From Scyliorhinus canicula (taxonomy: Eukaryota): DNA of 64,000 bases. The position numbers and the translations under genes are program-made. Below are positions 36,052 through 49,144 of this stretch, in pieces. The DNA is taken from NCBI RefSeq assembly GCF_902713615.1, contig NC_052161.1:26549908-26613907 (forward strand). The letters are read 5' to 3'. Under the pieces are notes generated by a model that was given only the letters and a program-made list of their open reading frames with translations, had not been told where the DNA came from and did no database searches. Each line of letters starts with the position of its first letter. The first letter of the stretch is position 1.

Positions 36052-36330
36052 TGATGATGAGACACAGCACTACAATTCCGGGCAAACTGTCCTTCCACGC
36101 CATGTTGCTGTATTCCGGGAGATCAGTTCAATCGAAAGTACAATGCGGAAATCCACGCACACTTTCTGCAATAAAGTCTGTCACCGCCTCCGTATTGGTT
36201 GAAAGAGCAGCTCTCTTTAAAAATAAAACATCTATGTACACACACAAACGTAGAGTTGGGATCAATACTGTTGGATAGAATTAGGTCGATTCGCCCAAGG
36301 CTAAATTCTCCTTACGAGAAATGACCTATT
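36052..36330 (-). promoter_or_regulatory. Putative 5' UTR and core promoter of the TGN-like gene
   Basis: Minus-strand CCAAT (about 36195), GC-box-like GGAGGCGG (about 36185), ETS-like CCGGAA sites, local CpG retention. Confidence 0.45.
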
Positions 36331-37267
36331 AACAATCAGTTGATTGTTTGACACTCCTGCTGCCAAATGAAAGCTCTTTGGTGGAGTCCCCCCGCCACCC
36401 CATGGGATTTGGGGACTGCTGGCAAAGCCAACATTTATTGCTCAGCTCTAATTTCCCTTGAGATTGTAGGTGGGGTGACTCCAACTTGAGCAGTAGTACA
36501 CAATGTGGTGTAGGTACATATACAGTGCTGTTGGGGAGGGAGTTTCTGTATTGTGATACAACTGTATGGGCTTTAACCTCTGACCACCCCATCAGCAAAA
36601 GATGCACTGAAGAATTCGCAGGTAAGGAGCCCCTGCTTAAGTTCCCAGATAGGATTCCACAGCAGTTGCCCAGAATTGCAAACTTCCTCTGTGGACCATC
36701 CAAAATGTGAATGAAATACACTGGATGGTTCTGACTGTTACGCCGATACTTAACAAGAAAAAGTCTCCCTGTCTCTGCCTTACTTGCTCTTTTTCATCTC
36801 TTTGCTCTCTTTTTTTTACATTCTTTCAATAGCTTACCTTTTCTCTTCCTCTTGTTCAGCTCTCCCTTGGTTTGTTTGGTTTTCTGTCTGCCCATTAGTG
36901 TTTGTACTCTGCTTTCAGCCTTCGCCAGCCTGCTAATCAATAATGCAAAATTAGTGCTTTGTCATCATGCTATCTTGCCAGTTGAGGCATCCATGTTAAA
37001 AAAAAGTTAAATTAGAAACTAGAAATTAAGAAAGGGCAATTTTTTTTTTAAAAGGCAAAGTTTTGGTCAATTTTGTAACAAACAGATATTGTTCTTATTT
37101 ATGTTTTGGATTGGACAGACCGGTCAAATTGGACATTCTGAATTCTCCCTCAGTGTACCCAAGCGGGCGCCAGGGTGTGGTGACTACGGGATTTTCACAG
37201 TAACTACATTGAAGTGTTAATATCAGCCTACTTGTGACAATAATAAATCTTATTATTATTAACTGGC

Positions 37268-37563
37268 ATCATAGAATTTACAGTGCAAAAGCAGGCCATT
37301 CGGCCCATCAAGTCTGCACCAGCCCTTGGAAAGAGCACCCTGCTTAACCCATGCCTCCGCCCTATCCCCGTAACCCAGTAGTGCCACCTAACCTTTTGCA
37401 CACTAAGGGGCAATTTAGCATGGCTAATCCACCTAACCTGAACATCTTTGGACTGTGGGAGGAAACCGGAGGAAACCCATGCAGACACGGGGAGAAAGTG
37501 CAAATTCCACACAGATAGTCACCCGAGGCAGCACTGCTAATCACTGCGCCATCGTGCCGCCCC
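37268..37563 (-). mobile_element. HE1-type V-SINE, tail-to-tail with a fragment of the (ATT)n-tail SINE at 37130-37260
   Basis: V-domain and tail motifs. Confidence 0.8.
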
Positions 37564-38296
37564 TTGCCACTGCGCCGCCCCGTGATCATGGGTAGACATT
37601 TCACTTCATGTGTGTTGCTATGGCATGATCATCACATCAAATCTGGAAATTCTGGGAAGCCAACCTTGCTGTGATTTTCTTTCTCTGTAATGGAGACTAG
37701 GACAAAACATCCTGCGGTAATATTAATCTGACCCGTCCAACGAAAAACTGACAGCTTCTGGTTTGCCACCCGATATGGTGATTTCAATGGGGAATAACAC
37801 CAGGCAGGGTGCAAAACGTGTGACCGACCCAATCATATCAGTTTCCCGCCAGTTGGGATTACGTTAGAATTACTACCTCCCACCATCATTTTAAGAAGCA
37901 CTCTTATTATGAAGGCTCATGGCTAAATCATGAGGGGTCTAGACAGAATAGATAGGGAAAAACTATTCCCACTGGTGGGAGGTTTGTGCACAAGAGGTCA
38001 CAGATTTGAGGTAATTTGCCAAAGAAACAATGGAGACATGGGGGCAACTTTTCCATGCAGCGAGTGGTTAAGGATGCTGCCTGAGAGTGGGGTGGAGGCA
38101 GGTTCAAGTGGTAATTGAACCTGAAAAGGAAGAATGTTCAAGGTTATGGGGAGAAGGTGGGGGACTGGCACTGAGTGAATTACTCATTCGGAGAGCTCAT
38201 GCAGGCATAACAGCCAAACGGCCCCCTTCTGTGCTGTAACAATGCTGTGGGTTGTGAACTAACCATCACAAACAACAAGAACATTTCGTGTTTATA

Positions 38297-38607
38297 TAAT
38301 AATAATCTTTATTATTGTCACAAGTAGGCTTACATTAACACTGCAATTAGGTTACTGTGAAAAGTCCGCTAGTCGCCACATTCCGGCACCTGTTTGGGTA
38401 CACAGAAGCAGAATTCAGAATGTCCAATTCACCTAACAGCACGTCTTTCAGGACTTGTGGGAGGAAACTAGAGCACCCGGAGGAAACCCACGCAGACATG
38501 GGGAGAACATGCAGACTCCGCACAGACAGTGACCCAAGCTGGAATCGAGCCTGGGACCCTGGTGCTGTGAAGCGACTGTGCTAACCACTATGCTACCGTG
38601 CTGCCCA
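38297..38607 (-). mobile_element. V-SINE variant with the alternative (ATT)n tail
   Basis: Reverse complement of the 15012-type element. Confidence 0.85.
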
Positions 38608-38807
38608 TATGATCCCTTAACATTGTAAAATCTCCCAAGATGCTGCAGAGCAGTATTCTGAAACAGGGTTTAACACCGAGCCACTGAGGAGATATGAAGA
38701 TAAATGAGCAAGACCTTAATCAAAGTGGTAGATTCTATGCAGCATCTGAAAGGTAGGAAAGAGAGGCAGAGTGTCTCAGAGAGGGAATTCCAGAGCTTAG
38801 GTCCTTG

Positions 38808-41320
38808 GTAGAACATAGAACATAGAACAGTACAGCACAGTACAGGCCCTTTGGCCCACGACGTTGTGCCAACCATTTATCCTAATCTAGGGTCAACCTA
38901 ACCTACACCCCTTCAATTTACTGCTGTCCATGTGCCTGTCTAAGAGTCGCTTAAATGTCCCTAAAGACTCAGACTCCACTACCTCTGCTGGCAGTGCATT
39001 CCATGCACCCACCACTCTCTATGTAAAGAACCTACCCCTGACATCTCCCATATACCTTCCTCCAATCACCTTAAAATTATGTCCTCCCGTGACAGCCATT
39101 TCCGCCCTGGGAAAAAGTCTCTGGCTATCCACTCTATCCATGCCTCTCATCACCTTATACATCTCTATCAAGTCACTTCTCTTCCTTCTTCGCTCCAGTG
39201 AGAAAAGCCCTAGCTCTCTCAATCTTTCTTCAAAAGACATGCCCTCTATTCCAGGCAGCATCCTGGTAAATCTCCTCTGTACCCTCGCCAAAGCATCCAC
39301 ATCCTTCCTATAATGTGGCGACCAGAACTGGACACAATATTCCAAGTGTGGTCTAACTAGGGTTTTATAAAGTTGCAGCAAAACCTCACGGCTCTTAAAC
39401 TCAATCCCCCTGTTAATGAAAGCCAACACACCATATGCTTTCTGAACAACCGTATCAACCTGGGTGGCACCTTTGAGGGATCTATGTTTGTGGACCCCAA
39501 GATCCCTCTGTTCCTCCACACTTCCAAGAATCCTGTCTTTAACCCTGTATTCAGCATGCAAATTCAACCTTCCAAAATGAATCACTTCACATTTAAGAAC
39601 ATTCGGCCCATCGAATCTGCACCGACCCACTTAAGCCCTCACTTCTACCCCATCCCTGTAACCCAATAACCTCTCCTAACATTTTTTGGACACTAAGGGC
39701 AATTTATCATGGCCAATGCACCTAGCCTGCATGTCTTTGGACTGTGGGAGGAAACCGGAGCACCCAGCCGGAACCCACGCAGACACGGGGAGAATGTGCA
39801 GACTTCGCACAGAGTGACCCAGCAGGCAATCGAACCTGGGACCCTGGCACTGTGAAGCCACTTGTGCTATCCACTTGTGCTATCGTGCTGCAAGGTGATT
39901 TTTCTAGGTTAAACTCCATCTGCCACTTCTCAGCCCAGCTCTGCATCCTGTCAATGTCCTGTTGTAACCTGCAACAGCCCTCAACACTACCTACAACTCC
40001 TCCAACCTTTGTATCATCGGCAAACTTACTAACCTGCCCTTCCACTTCCTTATCCAAGTCATTTATAAAAACCACAAAGAGCAGAGGTCCCAGAACAGAT
40101 CCTTGCGGGTCATCACTGGTCACCGACCTCCAGGCGGAATACTTTCCATCCACTACTATTCACTGTTTTCTTTCGGCCAGCCAATTCTGAATCCAGAGAG
40201 CTAAATTCCCTGTATCCCATGCCCCCTAACTTTCTGAATGAACCTCCCATGGGAAACCTGATCAAATGCCTGACTGAAATCCATATACACCACATTCTCT
40301 GCCTGACCTTCATCAGGATGTGTCTCATCACATCCTCAAAGAATTCAATGAGGCTTGTGAGGCATGACCTGCCCCTCACAAGGCCATGCTGACTATCTTC
40401 AATCAAACTGTGTTTTTCTAAATAATCATAATTCCTATCTCAGAATCCTTTCCAATATTTTGCTCACCACAGACGTAAGACTGATGGGTCTGTAATTCCC
40501 AAGGATTTCCCTGTTCCCTTTCTTGAACAGAGGAACAACATTTGCCTCCCTCCAATCATCCAGTACTACCCCAGTGGAGAGTGAGAACGCAAAGATCATC
40601 GCCAATGGTACAGCAATCTCCACCCTCGCTTCCCGTAGTAACCTTGGGTATATCCCGTCAGGCCCAGGGGACTTAACTATCCTGATGCTTTTCAAAATTT
40701 CCAGCACATTCTCCTTCTTAATATCAATCTGTTCGAGTCTATTAACCTGGTTCACACTGTTCTCATGAGCAACAAGGTCCCTCTCTCTAGTGAATACTGA
40801 AGCAAAATATTCATTTAGGGCCTCCCCTATGTCCTCAGACTCTAGGCACAAGTTTCCTCCATTATCCCTGATTGGCTCTTCTCTCACTCTGATCATCCTT
40901 TTATTTCTCACATAAGTGTAGAATGCCTTGGGGTTTTCCCTAATCCTTCCCACCAGGGATTTTTCATGCCCCCTTCTGGGCTCTTCTAAGTCCATTTTTG
41001 AGTTCCTTCCTGACTACCTTGTAACCCTCGAGAGCCGTGCCAGATCCTTGCTTCCTCAACCTTACGTAAGCTTCCTTCTTCCTCTTGACCAGAAGCTCAA
41101 CTTCTCTTGTCATCCAAGGCTCCTTCACCTTACCATTCCTTCCTCGTCTCAGTGGGACAAAACTATCCAGCACTTACAGCAAGTGCTACTTAAACAACCC
41201 CACATTACTGTTGTCATTTCCCCAAGAACAATTGTTCCCACTTTATGTTCCTCAGCTCCTGTCTAATAGCAGTATAATTTTCCCTCCCCCCAATTAAATA
41301 CCTTCCCATTCTGTCTGTAG
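38808..41320 (-). mobile_element. CR1-clade LINE (HER1-like) ORF2 3' part, interrupted by an HE1 SINE at about 39597-39890
   Basis: KSPGPDGIYPRLL, NYRPISLTS, PQGSVLGP, KFADDTK, RPHLEYCVQFWSP; (TAGAACA)n tail at 38808-38830. Confidence 0.93.
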
Positions 41321-41384
41321 GCGAAGTCATGGACACTAACCCTGGAGTGATTAAAATCAGGAATACCCCAGAGGCTAGAATTGA

Positions 41385-41718
41385 ATCATAGAATCATAGA
41401 ATTTACATTGCAGAAGGAGGCCATTCGGCCCCTCGAGTCTCCACCGGCCCTCGGAAAGAGAACCCCACTTAAGCCCCACACCTCCACCTGTAACCCCACC
41501 TAACCTTTTTTGGACACTAAGGGAAATTTATCATGGCCAATCCACCTAACCTGCACATCTTTGGATTGTGGGAGGAAACCGGAGCACCCGGAGGAAACCC
41601 ACACAGACACGGGGAGAACGTGCAGACTCCGCACAGACAGTGACCCAAGCTGAGAATCGCACATGGGACCCTGGTGCTGTGAACCAACCGTGCTAACCAC
41701 TGTGCTACCATGCTGCCC
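41385..41718 (-). mobile_element. HE1-type V-SINE
   Basis: Head, V-domain and tail. Confidence 0.88.
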
Positions 41719-43528
41719 CTAATTGGATGAGTGTAAATATCCTGGAGGTTTGTAGGGCTGGAGGAGATGAGAGGTAGGGAAGGAAGAGACAAAAAAGTGA
41801 CTTGAAAATGGGATTGTGGTTTTACAATTGAAGCATTGCTTAACCAGCAACCAGTGTAGGTTAGCGAGTGCAGGATGATGGATGGATGGAACTTAATGCA
41901 AGTTAACGCAGAGGCACCAGAGTTTTGGATGACCTTAAATTTATGAGGGGTACAAAGTGAGATTCTAACCAGGCCTACATTGGACAAGTCAAGCCTTGAG
42001 CAACAAAGCCATGGATGAGGATTTCAATAGCAGATGAGCTGAGGAAAGGGCATAGTTGAGTGACCTTAAAGAGGTGGATGTCGGTGGTCCTAGTGGTACA
42101 GATGTGTTGTCAGAACATCATATCGGAATCAAGTGTGACACCAAGGTTGTGACCAGTCTCTTTTAGTTGATTACAATAGCGAGCCCCTTTACGGGGCGGG
42201 TTTCAGAAGGTCACGCATTTAGCCAATCGAGCCAAAGAGCACGATGCCTGGGGCTGAGTGTGGGCTCTCCCGGGCAGTCTAGAAACAGGAGTTAAAGTCA
42301 AATTTAGCATCATTATCATTCTCTGTACATAGTTATTCTGTTAATGAATAACTTGTTAGTTACTCGGCTTGGTGGTCGCTACTCTTCCAAGATACTAAAT
42401 TTGCCGTTGAGGCGTTTCATTAGCCACTGAGAACGGCAGAGCAGATCTAATGTACAGGTTGTATACTCAGCAGTCCGTGAGTTGTCATAATGTTTTTATT
42501 CAGAAAGCTGAAGCCATTCGAACCTAATTTGGAGGATTGTGTTCAATACGTTGAATGCCTGCGATATTTCTTCAAAGCAAACAAAATGGGGGGTGGGGGG
42601 GGGGGGGGGGGGGGGAGGAGGAGAAGCAGAGGGTAATACTGTTAATAGCCTATGGTGCCCAAACATATACGTTGATAAGGAGCTTGACTTCTCCGGAGGC
42701 CCCTGACATTAAGAACTATGAAGAACTCATAGAAATAGTAAAAGGGCATTATCACCCAAAGCCCTCGGTAACTATACAGAGATAGAAATTGAATTCAACA
42801 GCAAGAAGGGAGTGCACCAGCAGCTTTCGTGATGAGGTTGAGGCAAATGGCTGAACATTTTGAATTTGGGTCTGTTCTTAATGAGATGTTGAGAGACCGG
42901 CTAGAGTGTGAGGTAAATAATACTTCAATACAGAAGAAACTGTTGGCAAGAAAAGAAATAATCTTAAAGAAGGTGTTAGAAATTGCCATTGCTGTTGAAA
43001 GTTCAGAAAAGATGTGATGGAAAGTGTGCAAGCTGGCAAGGTCCACCATGTTTGGAGGGTCACTGCTAACGGCTATAGCGCCAAGGATGTGGGCGTAGAG
43101 TTTAACAAAAAAGAAATAGAGAACCAGAGAGTGTGCAGAGGTACAGGAGATTAAGTCTACAAACCAGGAATGGTGAAGAATGCTATTGGTGTAGGGGAGG
43201 CCTCCCCCAGGCGAAATGTGGGTTTTGGAAAGCGGTGTGTTAAGCCTGTGGAAGGAAGGGGCATATAAGAAGCAAGTACAAGGATAAACAGGACCTACGT
43301 AGCGCTTTAAAAATTCCAGCTCCAGTGCACAGCGCAGAGAGTAATTCAGAAGAAGGATCAGATGCATACAGGTTAAATAATATTAAAGTCTGCAAAGTGG
43401 CTCCCATCACAATCGTATTGATGATTAATGGTCGTCTGCTCAAAATGGAGGCCGACACAGGAGCCTCTGCTTCAGTGGTGGGAGACAGACTTATTGATAA
43501 CTACCGGGAGGGGTCCAGCCTCTGAGAT

Positions 43529-44286
43529 CGTTGCCTTCTTTACTTTGGGGTGAACCACAAGCTGTTTCTTCTAGCGACTAAATGACCACACAACCAATAT
43601 GTTAGCTCAAAAACACAGTTTATTAATAACACAAGACTTGTATCTCTATGCAATAACACACACGACTCCATACTAAACTACACCTAACGACTAAGATGAC
43701 CTTTACTTAACTTCAAGTGACCGGCACTGTGCTGGTATTTATCCGGGTCCACATGGTCGGTTTGGAAGTGGTTGGGTTCGTCTCAGCTGGGCTCATCCTT
43801 CAGGAATGGTCGCAGGTCCTTGAACTTGGTTGTTCTGCTGCAGTTGGTTGCAAACAGGCCGGTCCCAAATGAGATAGATCTCTAGTGCGCAGGGCTTTTA
43901 ATCCTTCGTCTCTTTCGCGCCCTTTTGGGAGGTTCTTACTCTGGGTCCAATGGATCGATAGGGTTCTCGATCACCCTCATCGATCTCAGCCAATTAGGGG
44001 GTGGATACCTCGATAGGTGGGCAGGTCCTAGCTATCCTTGTCCCAGGCATGTAGGCCTTTCCAAATAAAGGGGGGGGGGTGGCGCCGGTTAGTCTGCTAC
44101 TGTTGTAACTCCTTGATTCAAACTCTATTGTCCTGGGGAAATGTTGATCGACTCTCAATGGATACAAGTTTCAGCCAAGTCTGGTTTCTTTGCGCAATAC
44201 ACAGAGGCTGTGTACCTACCTGTCTGTGTCCTAAATTGACCACAATTCCCATGGTCCTATGCAGGTGGCCATTTTACATGGCTACA
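43529..44286 (-). mobile_element. Solo LTR (about 760 bp) inserted in Gypsy A
   Basis: Minus termini TGTAGCCATG...GGCAACG resemble the LTR at 12997; AATAAA at about 43620; imperfect GAT(T) duplication; pol reading frame resumes across it. Confidence 0.75.
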
Positions 44287-44954
44287 GATTAAAAAACACG
44301 GTAACCAGGCTGGTGATGTATGTGGGGAAGGCTATATGGATATTGGGAACAATGACAGCACCTGTTAGTTTCAGGCAGCAGTCTGCCCAACTGCCTTCAA
44401 TTGTAGTTAAGGACAAAGGGCCAAGCTTGATGGGATGAGATAGGCTTCAGAAATAAAATTTAATTGGCTAGAAAATTAATGAAGTGAACCTAGATGATGT
44501 CCTCTTGTGATACCAGGAATTATTTCAATAACAACGCGGCAAAATATGAGGTTTGAAAGCCAAAATTTATGTATGATCAGAGACGACACCAAAATTATAC
44601 AGAGCAAGACCCACGCACTGATCCCTGCACGAGAAGGTGGAAACCGATCTTAGAAGATTAGAAAATTTGGGCATTATCAAGCCTGTGTAGATCGTGGAGT
44701 GGATAGCTTCCATTGTACCAATACTTAAGTTGGATAAGACTGTACGAATATGTGGGGACTATAAATTAACGGCCAATCAAGAGGCAAAATTAGACAATTA
44801 TCCTATTCCTAAAATGGAGGACCTCATATTAAAATGGAGGACCTGTATGCCAAGCTAGTTGGAGGTCTAACAGACTCTAATTTAGACGTGAGTCATGAAT
44901 ACCAGCAGCTGGAGTTGGATGAGGCATCTGGAGAGTTTGTTACTATCAGCACAC

Positions 44955-47900
44955 TGATGCGACAATCAATTCACACAAGACGATTAGTAGAAGTAAACTG
45001 TGGTTTTAATAAGCTAGACCTGTGCCTGCCTGTGATTGCTCTGTACTGAGTGCTGCCTATAGGCTTACAGGTTTATATACCACCCCTGAGGGGGCGGAGT
45101 CACAGGCGGAGCCCACAGGGCATCAACATAATACAATACAGTGGTGAATTGTAGTAGCAATACGTTCACCACATTCACCCCCTGTTAAAAATTGAAGTCC
45201 AGTGGGGGTGAAGTGGGCTCACAGATCGAGTCTGTCCAGCGCCATGATCGTTCTCTGTGATCGCCTCAGCTCCGCCTTCGCTGCGGGCACAGGTGTTGAA
45301 CTCGTCGCTGCGGGCACAGGTGTTGGGCTCGTTGACTGCAGGAGCGTGTCATCTGGAGCCTCATCACGGTGGGTTGGCGATGGGGGGAGGGGGGGTGTAG
45401 GCGATGGTCGCTGGGGAACCGGCGGATGCCAGATCCCGGAGGGAGACTGTATCGTGTCGGCCGCCGCGGTGCGCCACGCAGGCATACTGAGGGTTGGCAT
45501 GTAGGAGCTGGACCCTCTCGACCAGGGGGTCGGACTTATGGCTCCTCACGTGCTTCCGGAGGAGGACAGGCCCTGGTGTTGTCAGCCAGGATGGAAGCGA
45601 GACCCCGGAGGTGGATTTCCTGGGGAAGACAAATAGGCTGTTGTGAGGGGTCTCATTCGTGGCTGTGCAGAGGAGTGACAGAATGGACTGGAGCACGTCG
45701 GGGAGGACCTCCTGCCAGCGGGAAACTGGAAGACTTCTAGACCGTAGGGCCAGAAGGACGACGGCCTTCCATACCGTCGCGTTCTCCCTCTCCACCTGTC
45801 CGTTTCCCTGGGGGGTTGTAGCTGGTAGTCCTGCTTGAGGCAATGCCCTTACCGAGCAGGTATTTACGCAGCTCATCGCTCATAAACGAGGAGCCCCAGT
45901 CACTGTGGACATAAGTGGGGAAACTGAACAGGGTGAAGATGCTGTGCAGGGCCTTAATGACAGTGGCCGCGGTCATGTCGGGGCATGGGATGGCAAAGGG
46001 GAAACGGGAGTATTCGTCAACGACGTTGAGAAAATACATGTTGCGGTCAGTGGAGGGGAGGGGCCCTTTGAAATCGACGCTGAGGCGCTCAAAGGGGTGG
46101 GATGCCTTCACCAGGTGGGCCTTGTCTGGCCGATAGAAGTGCGGTTTGCACTCCGCGCAGAATTGGCAGTCCCTGGTCATGGCCCTGACCTCCTCAGTGG
46201 AGTAGGGCAGGTTGCGGGCCTTGATGAAGTGGAGAAGCCAGGTGACCCCCTAGTGACAGAGGTCACTGTGGATGGCCCGAAGTCGGTCATCTTGCGTGCT
46301 GGCAAATGTGCTGCGGGACAGGGCATCTGGAGGCTTATTGAGCTTCCCAGGACGACACACGATATCGTAATTATAGGTGGAGAGTTCAATTCTCCACCTC
46401 AAGATTTTATCATTCTTGATCTTAACCCGCTGTGTGTTATTGAACATGAAGGCTACCGACCGTTGGTCGGTGACGAGGGTGAACCTCCTACCGGCCAGGT
46501 AGTGCCTCCAATGCCGCACCGCTTCCACAATGGCCTGTGCTTCCTTTTCGACAGAGGAGTACCAAATTTCGGAGGCGTTGAGGATACGGGCAAAGAAGGC
46601 CACGGGCCTGCCTGCCTGGTTAAGGGTCGCGGCCAGGGCAACATCTGAAGCGTCGCTCTCCACCTGGAAGGGGATGGACTCGTCCACCGCGTGCGTCGCA
46701 GCCTTGGTAATGTCTGCCTTGATGTGGCTGAACGCCAGGCAGCCTCAGTTGTCAGGGGAAAGATGGTGGCTTTGATAAGTGGACGGGCTTTGTCCACATA
46801 GTTGGGGACCCACTGGGCATTATATGAAAAGAACTCCAGGCATCTTTTCAGGGCCTTGGGGCAGTGGGGGAGGGGGAGTTGCAGGAAGGGGCGCATGCGG
46901 TCGGGGTCGGGCCCTAGGACTCCGTTTTCCACGACATAGCCGAGGATGGCTAGTTGGGTTGTGCGGAAAACGCATTTCTCCTTGTTGTAGGTGAGATTGA
47001 GGGGTTGGGCGGTTTGGAAGAACTTCTGAAGGTTAGCGTCGTGGTCCTGATGATCATGGCCGCAGATGACCTGCAGATTGATAGCTCTTTCTCGTTATCC
47101 AAGTATGGGAACGTGGCCCGCAATCCGTACTGGTCAACCATTCGGTCCATCGTTCTTTGGAAGATCGAGACCCCGTTGGTGACACCGAAGGGGACCCTGA
47201 GGAAGTGGAAGAGGCAGCCGTTTACCTCAAAGGCAGTGCAGTGGTGGGCTTCTGGGCAGATCAGAAGCCGGTGGTGTGCGGACTTCAGATCTACCGTGGA
47301 GAAAACCCGGTAGTGTGAAATCTGATTAACCATGTCCGCTATGCGGGGAAGGAGATACGCATCGAGTTGTGTGTACCGATTTATGGTCTGGCTGTAGTCT
47401 ACAACCATCCGGTTCTTTTCCCCGGTCCTGAAGACCACCACTTGGGCTCTCCAGGGGCTATTACTGGCCTCAATGATCCCATCCCTCAAGAGCCGCTGGA
47501 CCTCCGACTTGATAAAAGTCCAGCCACATAGGTGGCCCGGATGGCGAGTTCCATGTGCTGCGAGGCCGTGACGTCCTTGTAGTTACAGTTTTGTGCGATT
47601 ACCCTCAGGTCGCGTAGATATTCCTCCAGTGATTCCCCGGGGCGTTGACGACATGTGTTGAGGAGATGCTGCACGAACACTTCGTTCACCGGCCTCACGT
47701 AATGTCTTTTCAGGATCGCGACCGCGCCTGTGTACGTGGTCGCGTCTTTGATTAGTACGGAGATTCTGTGGCTCATCCGGGCGTGAAGGAGACTCAGCAT
47801 CTGTGCCTCGGTGACGGCGGGCGAGGAGGAGGCAGTGAGGTAGGCCTCAAAGCAGTGGAGCCAATGTGAAAAGATTCCTTTGGCTTCAGCTGCCAGTGGG

Positions 47901-48173
47901 TCAAGTTCCAGTCAATCAGGTTTGAGGCCGGCTTCCATTGCGATATCTTAGCTTACTAAATTGATACGACCATCAATTCACATTAGACGATCAGTAGTTT
48001 GAATATGCTAGATCTATGCCTGCCTGCGACTGCTCTGTACTGAGTGCTGCCTATAGCCTGACAGGTTTATATACCACCCCTGAGGGGGTGGCGCCACAGG
48101 CGGAGCCCACAAGGGCATCAACATAATACAATACAATACAGTGGTGAATTGTAGTAGCAATAAGTTCACCACA
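44955..48173 (-). mobile_element. Gypsy LTR retrotransposon with both LTRs (44955-45173 and 47962-48173), internally deleted (protease missing)
   Basis: Direct LTR pair TGTGGTGAA...ATCA; PPT AGGGGGTGAA; gag MEAGLKPD.LELDP; RT SPWRAQVVV..PFGVTNG..YLDN; RNase H ESDASD..YSSVEKEAQA; integrase CQFC..VDFKGP..HSDWGS..GNGQVER; TSD CACAC/AACAC. Confidence 0.93.
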
Positions 48174-48529
48174 AACACATAAGGGCCAACACCAGTACCC
48201 CAGATTGCCATCTGGAGTATCACCGGCTTGTGCAACCTTTCAATTGAGAGCCGATTACAAGATGTCCGTTAAGTAGTTGTTTATTTGGATGATGTGCTTA
48301 TCAGGGGAGCCACAGAAAGAAAACACCTAACCAACCAGAGGAGGTTTTAAAAAAGTTCCAGGAAGCTGGAGTAAGGTTAAAGAGAGAGAAATGCACCTTC
48401 AAGGCAAACAAAGTGACTTAGTTAAGGTTTAGAGTAAATGCACAAGGATTGCACTGGATGGAAGATAAAGTTTGGGCCATTGAAGAAGCACCAACCCCAA
48501 AGAACGTGTCAGAGTTAAAGGGCGGAATT

Positions 48530-49144
48530 TCCGTTGCCAGATGCGATTGGCCTTCAAAATGGCCGCAAACATGAAAAAAGTGTGGTTGCATTGCGCATGC
48601 GTGCCAGATCATTGGCGCGCATGCGCAAAACTATGGGCGTACGCTCCGATGATCGGACACGCATGCGTAGAGCAGCCACTTTTAAAAAAAAGGTTGCAGC
48701 TTTTTGTTTTACAAGTTTGGGATGTGGGGACTTGTTCATTTTATTCATTTAATTTATTCATTTAATTTTAATTTTTTTCATTTATTTTATTCATTTTATT
48801 TATTTTTTACAAGTTCGGGGGGGTTTATCTGATAAAACTTTACAGGACCAAAATGCAGAACTTTGGAGAGATGGAGACTCCATACTTTCCGACACCGGAA
48901 GGCTTCACCTTCATCCAACAGGTTCCATTGGAGGATCGTGTACGAGGGCCAAACGGACCCAAAACCATTTCCTCCATTTTTGTCAGCAGCAAACAAGGTA
49001 AGAGAAAATGGTGGGTCGCGCAGGTCGGTCGGATTGGGTTGCGTAGGTCGGGCGGCGTGGGTCGTGAAGTTCGGCCAGGTTGGGTCCCGAAGGTTGGCTG
49101 GTTGGTACAAATGGGTCCCTGGAAGAAAAGTTTGAAGAACAGTG
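48530..49144 (-). mobile_element. One-ended copy of a hAT (Charlie-like) non-autonomous element
   Basis: Homologous to the complete copy at 55676-56120; only the CAcTGTTCTTCAAAC end is present. Confidence 0.82.

Larger units (their letters stand above)
42170..48520 (+). mobile_element. Degenerate Gypsy LTR retrotransposon A (Mag/K02A2.6-like gag-protease-RT), interrupted by two LTR insertions and truncated at about 48520
   Basis: gag GAQTYTLIRSLTSP..HYHPKPSV; protease MEADTGAS; RT ICGDYKLT..YPIPKMEDL, YLDDVLI (about 48285); IEEAPTPKNVSELK. The 5' boundary is approximate. Confidence 0.85.
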
